Both the position numbers and the translations under genes were made by a program. From positions 1 to 30,410 of the IMG/VR virus record IMGVR_UViG_3300023116_000213: a DNA stretch of 30,410 nt, one strand, 5' to 3'. The DNA is from a virus. Lineage: Duplodnaviria > Caudoviricetes. Each line of letters begins with the position of its first letter. Within the stretch, counting starts at the first letter, position 1. Positions 1-6,543 of this stretch are shown piece by piece. A model generated the notes under the pieces. That model did not search any database, had not been told where the DNA came from, and saw nothing but the letters and a program-made list of their open reading frames with translations.

Positions 1-77
1 TCAAGGAAGGAAATCTGTAAAGTTCTCCAATAATTTCTCCCGATAAAAAACCAATATAATACATGAAGATAGGTTAC

Positions 78-152
78 GCTGACTTTTTAGCCTATCAAGA
101 TAGTACGAAGTCTCCAACTTGACAGGCTCGGACAAGTCCTTAAAAAGTCAGC
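78..152. repeat. Inverted repeat / hairpin GCTGACTTTTTA...TAAAAAGTCAGC
   Basis: 12-bp perfect arms at 78-89 and 141-152. Confidence 0.8.
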
Positions 153-183
153 ATCATTTCTTAGACTTATTTGGTTTATCTAG

Positions 184-212
184 TTGACATGGAGTCTATA
201 AAGTTATAAAGT
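184..212 (+). promoter_or_regulatory. sigma70-type early promoter P1
   Basis: TTGACA (184-189), 17-bp spacer, TAAAGT (207-212); predicted start ~219. Confidence 0.7.
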
Positions 213-250
213 AATATACATGTATTATATTAATTTTTTAAGGAGAAATT

Positions 251-469
251 ATGAGTTTAAATAATACTTTACAGATTGACTTCCACTGTGAAGACAATTC
301 CTGTGTATCACTATTCTCTTATGAAAGTGCTTTAGCTTTCATGAAAGAGTCTTACTACATGATTAGGTCTATTTGGTCTAATTCATCTAATGTCGAAGAA
401 AAGCTTTTTGAAGCTTATTTCGAAATTCAAGATAACTATTTAATTGAGGAGGAATTATACAATGAGTAA
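251..469 (+). CDS. Hypothetical early protein (acidic, 72 aa)
   Basis: AGGAGA RBS, downstream of P1. Confidence 0.75.
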   Translation: MSLNNTLQIDFHCEDNSCVSLFSYESALAFMKESYYMIRSIWSNSSNVEEKLFEAYFEIQDNYLIEEELYNE

Positions 470-752
470 ATTTAGTTATGAAAACCTAACCAGAAAGCAA
501 CAACTGGCTCCAGCAAGTTTCAATACCTGCAAACATGTTTCGTTGCACTTTGCGGGAGGTGTTGGATATCAACAACGAACACCGCAACAATGGAATCTTT
601 ATAGAAACTTGCGTTCAACTTTGTATAATTTGACAAAGTCGAAGAAAAAGTCCGAAGTATTTACAATGGAAAAAGCAAACGCTTTGCTCCAAGTAAACAA
701 GCTTCCAAGCATTTACAAAAAAGCAATGGAGGACTTTTTGGAAGGTAAATAA
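462..752 (+). CDS. Hypothetical early protein (basic)
   Basis: ATG 462 preferred over the TTG at 444 because of the GAGGAGG RBS; followed by a terminator. Confidence 0.75.
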   Translation: MSKFSYENLTRKQQLAPASFNTCKHVSLHFAGGVGYQQRTPQQWNLYRNLRSTLYNLTKSKKKSEVFTMEKANALLQVNKLPSIYKKAMEDFLEGK

Positions 753-766
753 TTCCCGACCTTCCC

Positions 767-795
767 AGCCCTTGGAGAAATCCGAGGGCTTTTTT
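767..795 (+). terminator. Rho-independent terminator
   Basis: AGCCCTTGGA-GAAA-TCCGAGGGCT followed by a T-tract. Confidence 0.85.
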
Positions 796-1094
796 ATGCC
801 CTTAAAAAATTTCGCCTCGCCTCTTCGAGGCTCGGTCTTAAAAGGTCTTTTGTTTCACAAAAGGCTCCTATCTTATGAACCGAAGAGGTGAGAGCTAACC
901 AACACAAACCATAAAAAATACTGCGAGGATTTCTCCTATACAGTATATTTATATAAAGACTATAAAACTGTATAGTATTCTAAAGGCAGGAAAATTCTTT
1001 GGCGAAGTGTTGATTGCGACTATAAGAATTTTTATATTATTCTTTTAAAGGTATTAGGAGGAGTTGTTCTAAAGCCCGTTAAAGAACTTTAAAG

Positions 1095-1123
1095 AGTGTA
1101 GCATATTTTTTACTAACTTGCAA
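1095..1123 (-). promoter_or_regulatory. Leftward sigma70-type promoter
   Basis: Minus strand TTGCAA, 17 bp, TACACT, with TGn extended -10; no sizeable ORF downstream. Confidence 0.5.
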
Positions 1124-1176
1124 GATTTGTAACACACTCCCTCGCAACACCCCATATTGATAAGTATATATAAGGC

Positions 1177-1205
1177 TTGACGCTTCGGCAAAGCTGTGCC
1201 ACAAT
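1177..1205 (+). promoter_or_regulatory. sigma70-type early promoter P2
   Basis: TTGACG, 17 bp, CACAAT, with TG extension. Confidence 0.6.
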
Positions 1206-1248
1206 GGTTCCAGAAATCGGAATTGTCCCATTTCAAAACGGAGAAATT

Positions 1249-1437
1249 ATGTTATCTTTTGAATCTTATCAAGGAGCTATTATCCACCTTAAAAAGGAAG
1301 GTTATAAGTTCTTATCAGACTTCTCTAACAGAGGAGATGTTCATAAACATTACTATAAAGGGCAGAGAGTTGTTCTTTTAAATGGGAGCTTTGTTCCCTA
1401 TGAAGGTTATAAATACTATTTACAAGAAGTTAAGTAA
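1249..1437 (+). CDS. Hypothetical early protein (62 aa)
   Basis: GGAGAAATT-ATG at 1240-1251; the TTG at 1177 is the -35 box of P2. Confidence 0.7.
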   Translation: MLSFESYQGAIIHLKKEGYKFLSDFSNRGDVHKHYYKGQRVVLLNGSFVPYEGYKYYLQEVK

Positions 1438-1485
1438 ATACATGTATTATAAAAGAAAAACCACATAGTAAATATTATATAGGTA

Positions 1486-1514
1486 TTGACACCGAAACCA
1501 AGCTGTGTCATACT
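1486..1514 (+). promoter_or_regulatory. sigma70-type early promoter P3
   Basis: TTGACA, 17 bp, CATACT, with TG extension; leader hairpin TCGGC/GCCGA follows. Confidence 0.7.
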
Positions 1515-1558
1515 GTTATCAATTCGGCAATGAAGCCGAGTTTAATTAGGAGAAATTT

Positions 1559-1858
1559 ATGTTTGATAGAAACATTCAAAAATCTAGCTCTACATATGAA
1601 GAGGCTAGAAAAATCGAAGATAAAATTCAGAATGCTGGATTTAAAAGAAGAGAGCAAATTAATCAGTTAATTGATGAAATGCTTACTGAATATAAAGAGT
1701 TGCACAAAGAAACTACAGAGTTTCTACACACTAGAATAAATCGTTGGGATACTCTAGATGTTGTTGTTCGACTATCTCAATACGGAGTAGGGTTGCATAA
1801 ACTTGGAACAGCTTACTCAAATGGTATTAACTCAATTGCTTGTAATAAGCCAGACTAA
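1559..1858 (+). CDS. Hypothetical early protein (helical, 99 aa)
   Basis: AGGAGA RBS; first gene of the P3 operon. Confidence 0.75.
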   Translation: MFDRNIQKSSSTYEEARKIEDKIQNAGFKRREQINQLIDEMLTEYKELHKETTEFLHTRINRWDTLDVVVRLSQYGVGLHKLGTAYSNGINSIACNKPD

Positions 1859-1873
1859 AATATTGGAGGGAAT

Positions 1874-2026
1874 ATGAAATATCATTTTAACATTACGATT
1901 TCAACAGACGATACTGTAGAAGCTACTACAGAAACAGAAGCCATAAGCCAAGTTAAAGCAAACTTTATGCAAGACTTTAACATTCCTTTGTGTGATTCAG
2001 AAATAACTTTATTGGAGGTAGAATGA
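1874..2026 (+). CDS. Small hypothetical protein (50 aa, MKYHFNITISTDD...LLEVE), not in the ORF track
   Basis: GGAGGG RBS; stop overlaps the next ATG (ATGA). Confidence 0.7.
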   Translation: MKYHFNITISTDDTVEATTETEAISQVKANFMQDFNIPLCDSEITLLEVE

Positions 2027-2271
2027 AAACAGTTAGTATAACAGGAGATAAAACAGTCGTTACTTACAAGGGTCATACTGTACATTGTTACGGTAAGCTC
2101 AAAGATACTTCAACAATTATCTATGCTTTATCCAATGGTTGTGAAGGTCATACAGATAACTATGATTATGACAACAATGAGCCTTATACAGATTGGGAAG
2201 CCTTTGTTAAAGATTGGGTAGAACTTGAGGGTGTCGATGATTTTAATGTAATACAATTGGAGGTAGACTAA
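2023..2271 (+). CDS. Hypothetical early protein (acidic)
   Basis: GGAGG RBS, translational coupling. Confidence 0.75.
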   Translation: MKTVSITGDKTVVTYKGHTVHCYGKLKDTSTIIYALSNGCEGHTDNYDYDNNEPYTDWEAFVKDWVELEGVDDFNVIQLEVD

Positions 2272-2468
2272 TGATTGTAGAATTATGTGATAGTAAAAAG
2301 TTCACTGCTTTTAGAACAGATTTAGATAAGGTTTTACAAAAGCATTATCCAAATACTGATTATGAATGGGAATATTACGATGAAGGTTATAGCGATGCTT
2401 CATCAACAGATACTAATGCTAAGTGGCGATTAGTAAGAATCTATATGGACTTAGAGGAGGAATCATGA
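2271..2468 (+). CDS. Hypothetical early protein
   Basis: GGAGG RBS, TAATG overlap. Confidence 0.75.
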   Translation: MIVELCDSKKFTAFRTDLDKVLQKHYPNTDYEWEYYDEGYSDASSTDTNAKWRLVRIYMDLEEES

Positions 2469-2632
2469 AAGACCAAGACGTACTTAAAGAGTACTTTTTA
2501 AATCAACACTTTACCCCTACGGATAAACAACGCAGGGCATTGAATGACTACTTTATGACCAACATGCTAAAGGTTATGGAGGGTAACTATAAGAAAGATG
2601 AAGCAGGAAATATCTTTAAGGAGGAGGAATGA
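2465..2632 (+). CDS. Hypothetical early protein (55 aa)
   Basis: GAGGAGG RBS before ATG 2465, ATGA overlap. Confidence 0.7.
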   Translation: MKDQDVLKEYFLNQHFTPTDKQRRALNDYFMTNMLKVMEGNYKKDEAGNIFKEEE

Positions 2633-2820
2633 CTGAGCTAGAAAAAGTAAATTACTTACAAAATATGTCGCAGTTCTTTGGAGACTTTATAGGTATTGCC
2701 ATGGTGGTATTGGTTGTGCTAATCTTTACGCTGTGGATATTTGCTTGGTGGGCTACATCAAGTACTTTCATAGGTTGTCAAAAGACTAAGGAGAAAAACA
2801 ATGAGAGGTCAGATAGTTAA
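2629..2820 (+). CDS. Small single-pass membrane protein
   Basis: Hydrophobic segment FIGIAMVVLVVLIFTLWIFAWWA with a basic C-terminal tail; AGGAGG RBS. Confidence 0.7.
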   Translation: MTELEKVNYLQNMSQFFGDFIGIAMVVLVVLIFTLWIFAWWATSSTFIGCQKTKEKNNERSDS

Positions 2821-2995
2821 TTGGGAATATGATAATTCACTTACAGAATATGAGAACTTTCGAAGATGGTTCGATTGTGCTAATGAAGAACGCAGAAACT
2901 TTAAAGAACCCGAACTTAGCCTACATGAAGCCAAGGTTAAGTACGAGGAATATATGGGTATTAAACTTAATTTTGAGGAGGGATTTAACGAATGA
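2801..2995 (+). CDS. Hypothetical early protein
   Basis: AGGAGA RBS. Confidence 0.7.
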   Translation: MRGQIVNWEYDNSLTEYENFRRWFDCANEERRNFKEPELSLHEAKVKYEEYMGIKLNFEEGFNE

Positions 2996-3219
2996 GTATT
3001 GATACAATTACAACAGAAACATGGCAGAGTTTATTTGGAGAGCAACTTGCTTCTATGAATGAACTGTCTGCAAAGATGACTGCTCAACAATTTGAAGCAG
3101 TTGTTGAAGAAGCTTTAGAAATTGCTTTCATGGGAGACTATGACGAAGAAAGAGGTTTCAAAGATTATGAAATAACACAAGCTCTGAACGAAGCTATCGT
3201 TAGTTTTATTAGAGTTTAA
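2992..3219 (+). CDS. Hypothetical acidic early protein
   Basis: GAGGAGG RBS, ATGA overlap. Confidence 0.75.
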   Translation: MSIDTITTETWQSLFGEQLASMNELSAKMTAQQFEAVVEEALEIAFMGDYDEERGFKDYEITQALNEAIVSFIRV

Positions 3220-3223
3220 AAGT

Positions 3224-3292
3224 TTGTGGCTAGGGTAGGTCGTAAGACCAACAATATAATACATAAATTTCTCCCTTAAGCCTTAGCCACAA
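3224..3292 (+). ncRNA. Stem-loop RNA displaying an anti-RBS loop (candidate antisense sRNA)
   Basis: Stem TTGTGGCTAGGG/CCTTAGCCACAA; inner GGTC-GTAA-GACC hairpin; loop 3253-3274 is complementary to 220-231 and 1549-1562. Confidence 0.55.
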
Positions 3293-3297
3293 TTTAA

Positions 3298-3620
3298 CAT
3301 AAGTGTAAGACGAGCTTACTGTAAAATCCAGAAGTCTGAACTGTTTTGCAGGGTGACGAAGTAGGTCGTAAGATAAAGTTTAGGATGAGTGCTAGAACCC
3401 GTCGCCTATAACACTATGTAGTCGCAACAGGGACTATAAAACCCTAATGGTTAAAGGTGCTGTTGGAGGAGCTTGATAAGTGCTTCGTAACCAAAAACTT
3501 ATCGTTACTTTAGTTTAAATCCTAGAGTTAGTTTGGATTAGCTATCCTTACTGTATCACTAGGCTTACGGACTGCTAGGTAGAGTAGTCACGTTCTTGGA
3601 GGAAAGCACCTTGAACATTT
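3298..3620 (+). ncRNA. Large multi-stem structured RNA of unknown family
   Basis: ORF-free intergenic region with about ten helices, several needing G-U pairs on the + strand; long-range pairing 3454-3461/3605-3612. Confidence 0.55.
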
Positions 3621-3642
3621 CATTACTTGTAGGAGGGTAATT

Positions 3643-4344
3643 ATGTATAAATTATTAGGAGTTGGTAGTAACTATAAAACTGCAAAGTCAGATAAGATAT
3701 CTGAATATCTCACGGCTATCATGTATATGATGCCACTCAATACTAGAATATGTCCGTATCAAGACATTGCTAAGTGCAAGTCTGCTTGTTTGAATACAGC
3801 GGGACGAGGTGCATTCAGTAATGTACAGAAAGCTAGACTTAGAAAGACCGAATGGTTTCTCAATGACGAGCCTAGTTTCATGGAGCAGTTGTTTCAAGAC
3901 ATCACTAAGTTTGTTCGTCATTGTACTAAGCACGGCAGAAAACCTGCTGTCCGTCTTAATGGTACTTCAGACATTCAATGGGAGTACAAAAAGTATCTTG
4001 GTCAAACTCTGTTCGAACACTTTCCAGAGGTGCAGTTCTATGACTACACTAAGATACCAACACGGAACATAAGTAACATTCCAAACTATCAGCTAACTTG
4101 GAGCTACTCAGAAGCCAATCTCAAGTATGCTGACTTCTTTAGAGAAGCATTAGACAAGGGTATGAATGTGGCGGTGGTATTCAATCACGACTTACCCAAA
4201 GAATTTAAAGGTGTCCCAGTCATTGACGGTGACTTGCATGACTTGCGATTCCTTGACCAGACAAATTCAGTGGTCGGTCTTCGAGCCAAAGGCTCAGCTA
4301 AGAAGGACGATTCTGGCTTTGTAATTAATTTAATCAACTTATAG
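3643..4344 (+). CDS. Gp88-like phage protein (CxxxxxxxCxxxC, possibly Fe-S / radical-SAM-like)
   Basis: Motifs CP...CKSACLNTAGRG, VRLNGTSD, FYDYTK, DGDLHDLRFLD, GLRAKG are typical of the GP88 family. Confidence 0.75.
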   Translation: MYKLLGVGSNYKTAKSDKISEYLTAIMYMMPLNTRICPYQDIAKCKSACLNTAGRGAFSNVQKARLRKTEWFLNDEPSFMEQLFQDITKFVRHCTKHGRKPAVRLNGTSDIQWEYKKYLGQTLFEHFPEVQFYDYTKIPTRNISNIPNYQLTWSYSEANLKYADFFREALDKGMNVAVVFNHDLPKEFKGVPVIDGDLHDLRFLDQTNSVVGLRAKGSAKKDDSGFVINLINL

Positions 4345-4352
4345 GAGGTATT

Positions 4353-4574
4353 ATGACTAAATTAATAATTGAAAAAAATATTCCAATCCCGGCTTATTCA
4401 AGAAGCCAAAAGTGGAAAGCCATTACATCGAGAATGGAAAGAGGCGATTCTGTTTTGTTAGAAAATAGAACTCAAGCTTGTGGCTTAATAAACTCAGCAA
4501 AGTTTATACCCTTTGACATGAAGTTTACTACAAGAAAAACCCCTGAAGGTATTAGAGTTTGGAGGATTCTATAA
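4353..4574 (+). CDS. Small basic phage protein, putative DNA-binding
   Basis: IEKNIPIP...GDSV...GIRVWR pattern is common in phage small proteins. Confidence 0.65.
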   Translation: MTKLIIEKNIPIPAYSRSQKWKAITSRMERGDSVLLENRTQACGLINSAKFIPFDMKFTTRKTPEGIRVWRIL

Positions 4575-4909
4575 TGAAAAATTTATTACGCAAATGGCTT
4601 GGTCTTGTTGACCTTACTAAAGCTGTCAACACTCTTAGAGTACAGATTTTGGACGCTACCAAATCTACTGACGACTTGAAAGACGACATCATTAATGACT
4701 TGGAGTATGAGATAGACCGTAAGGTTGAAGATACTGTTGATGACCAAATCTCAAACTACTCAGATAGGTTTGATGACCTTGACAGTATACGATATGACTT
4801 TGATGACTTCAAAGCTGATTTTGAACAAAAGATAGACTCATTAAAAGAAGACGTTGAGTTCCTATCTATTCTCAATAGACTAGAAGCTTTGGAATCTAAA
4901 GTAAAATAA
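4574..4909 (+). CDS. Acidic helical early protein
   Basis: GGAGG RBS, TAATG overlap; ~29 D/E in 111 aa. Confidence 0.7.
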   Translation: MKNLLRKWLGLVDLTKAVNTLRVQILDATKSTDDLKDDIINDLEYEIDRKVEDTVDDQISNYSDRFDDLDSIRYDFDDFKADFEQKIDSLKEDVEFLSILNRLEALESKVK

Positions 4910-4913
4910 GAGT

Positions 4914-5018
4914 TTTGGCTCAGCAATAATCGGAGTTATCCTCAAATTATTTCGATATCATTGATAGGTTTCAATGAGGGCAACGGGGTAGCCTTGAATA
5001 CCCCACCGCTGAGCCAGA
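4914..5018 (+). ncRNA. Four-way-junction (cloverleaf-like, non-tRNA) structured RNA
   Basis: Closing stem 4914-4924/5008-5018 encloses hairpins 4925-4951, 4958-4977 and 4985-5004. Confidence 0.6.
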
Positions 5019-5033
5019 TTTATTGGAGGTAAT

Positions 5034-5255
5034 ATGATAAATAAAACAGAACTAATGAACTTTATCAGAAACCAAATACATGATGATTTGTTTGTCGAAC
5101 TTTCAGAGGAATGGGAGAACGAAGAAACTTATTATTATAATGCTAATTGGGTTAAAAATATCAGAGAAGCAGAAGATATAACAGAACTAAAAGAAACTTT
5201 GATTACAATAGTCAGAGGTCTTAGTAAATATTTACAGGAAACAAAATGGAACTAA
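5034..5255 (+). CDS. Hypothetical protein
   Basis: GGAGG RBS. Confidence 0.75.
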   Translation: MINKTELMNFIRNQIHDDLFVELSEEWENEETYYYNANWVKNIREAEDITELKETLITIVRGLSKYLQETKWN

Positions 5256-5494
5256 CTAAGAACGAATATGCGATTGCTTACGCAGTCTTTAGCACCAACG
5301 ATATTGATAGTGTCATACTATTTTTTCGTTATCAGAAACCAGATGAAGAAGCTATTAGTAGTAGACTGGTCTTGGTGACTGATGTTAAATGCGACCACCT
5401 GATTGGTACTGAAATAAGTACTGGTCTGAAAAAACGTTTTAACCTAGAAAATATCGTAGACGATTCTTGTAAAGTTTGGACTGAAGTATGCTAG
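5246..5494 (+). CDS. Stand-alone WYL-like domain protein
   Basis: Pattern hhFxYxK..E.SxR.V....L.G......RFxLxxI resembles the WYL (Sm/SH3-like) fold. Confidence 0.5.
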   Translation: MELTKNEYAIAYAVFSTNDIDSVILFFRYQKPDEEAISSRLVLVTDVKCDHLIGTEISTGLKKRFNLENIVDDSCKVWTEVC

Positions 5495-5503
5495 AATAAT
5501 AGC

Positions 5504-5794
5504 ATGACCAAGTTTGAATCTAAAAAGAAAAAACCAGATTGGGATAGTATTTCCACATGGGAAGATGCCAACAATGCTCTTGTTATGTGGGTACTAACTC
5601 CCAACTGTATTCGAGAACGTATGACAGAAACCGGTAAATCTTTTAAGGTTTCTAATGAAATGATATACGAATTTTGTTATCACTCTCGTAGAGGGTGGGA
5701 TATGGAGGCATTCAAAAATGCTTTCAAAGATTTTGTTATTGAGAATCTGGAAGAAGAGATAAAGTTTCAAGAACCTAGGAATTTTATAACATGA
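5504..5794 (+). CDS. Hypothetical protein
   Basis: ORF in operon; weak RBS. Confidence 0.65.
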   Translation: MTKFESKKKKPDWDSISTWEDANNALVMWVLTPNCIRERMTETGKSFKVSNEMIYEFCYHSRRGWDMEAFKNAFKDFVIENLEEEIKFQEPRNFIT

Positions 5795-6078
5795 ATAATA
5801 AAAAAATTAAAAAATTAAAAAGTAAAGTTAAACATATACAACTAGGATGGTTTCAAAGTTTATTACCAGAAGGTGAAAAAGAAAAAGCTAATCTGGACAA
5901 TATAAGTTCTTTGATGCCGGACCAGACCCATGTGTTTGCGAATGGTAGAATAAACTTATCCTTCATGACTGATAAATTTGTTATGAAGTGGTTAAAAAAA
6001 TGTCCTGAGATAGAGACATATGAGGAGCTAATGCATTATGCAGAACATAAGACATTACCTAGTAAAGGTAGTGATTGA
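5791..6078 (+). CDS. Hypothetical protein
   Basis: ATGA overlap with the upstream gene. Confidence 0.7.
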   Translation: MNNKKIKKLKSKVKHIQLGWFQSLLPEGEKEKANLDNISSLMPDQTHVFANGRINLSFMTDKFVMKWLKKCPEIETYEELMHYAEHKTLPSKGSD

Positions 6079-6289
6079 CGGAGAAGAAGATGAACTAAAA
6101 AGTTTTGGTGAATCAGAAATGGAGATACTCGATAACATGGTAGAGATACCAGCTGTTGACGAGGTCCTTGAAATTAAAGACTTGGAAACAGGTAAGAAGT
6201 GGATAGGAGGAGGCTCTCTTGAAAAGTTAAGAGAGATTAAAAGTGAAATAAATAAATTCTTTAGCACATCTAAAAAGGAGGTACATTGA
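6038..6289 (+). CDS. Hypothetical protein
   Basis: ORF in operon. Confidence 0.65.
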   Translation: MQNIRHYLVKVVIDGEEDELKSFGESEMEILDNMVEIPAVDEVLEIKDLETGKKWIGGGSLEKLREIKSEINKFFSTSKKEVH

Positions 6290-6543
6290 TGGACTATGAT
6301 ATTGGATTTGTCTCAAAGTTTAGAGACCCACATCCCGAAGCACCCGTAGAAGTTTGCTATTGTCTAACCAAAGACCAAGCAAAATTATTCAAGGATATGA
6401 TTGACAATATCTTTGACTACGAAGATAAAATTAATTGGCGAGTAGATATTACTAACAACGGTAATCTGTTGCATTTCTTTGATGAAGATATGTTTCAACA
6501 GATGCACTTGCATTCTATTTTAGAGGAGGTTATGGATAGATGA
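6289..6543 (+). CDS. Hypothetical protein
   Basis: AGGAGG RBS; TGATG overlap (alternative TTG at 6286). Confidence 0.7.
   Translation: MDYDIGFVSKFRDPHPEAPVEVCYCLTKDQAKLFKDMIDNIFDYEDKINWRVDITNNGNLLHFFDEDMFQQMHLHSILEEVMDR

Larger units (their letters stand above)
5..284. repeat. Long imperfect inverted repeat, arms 5-65 and 219-284
   Basis: Complementary blocks: GGAAG 5-9/280-284; AATCTGTAAAGT 12-23/266-277; ATAATTTCTCC 30-40/242-252; TAAAAAA 44-50/234-240; AATATAATACATG 53-65/219-231. Confidence 0.9.

Noticed and set aside
1127-1157. sigma32 promoter (CCCCATAT at 1150-1157)
   Set aside because: No CTTGAA-like -35 box at the expected spacing
3235-3373. CRISPR mini-array
   Set aside because: Only two 13-nt repeats, 126 nt apart; no cas genes, and the Cas4-like nuclease belongs to the replication module
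3475-3508. Pseudoknot GTAAC/GTTAC on the 3475-3503 hairpin
   Set aside because: A zero-length connecting loop makes simultaneous pairing sterically implausible
3598-3610. RNase P RNA (GAGGAAAG motif) or tmRNA
   Set aside because: The motif lies at the 3' end without GUCC or the partner P4 strand; no tRNA-like ends or tag ORF
4914-5018. tRNA gene
   Set aside because: No D-loop GG or TTCRA T-loop, arm lengths do not fit, and there is no free 3' CCA
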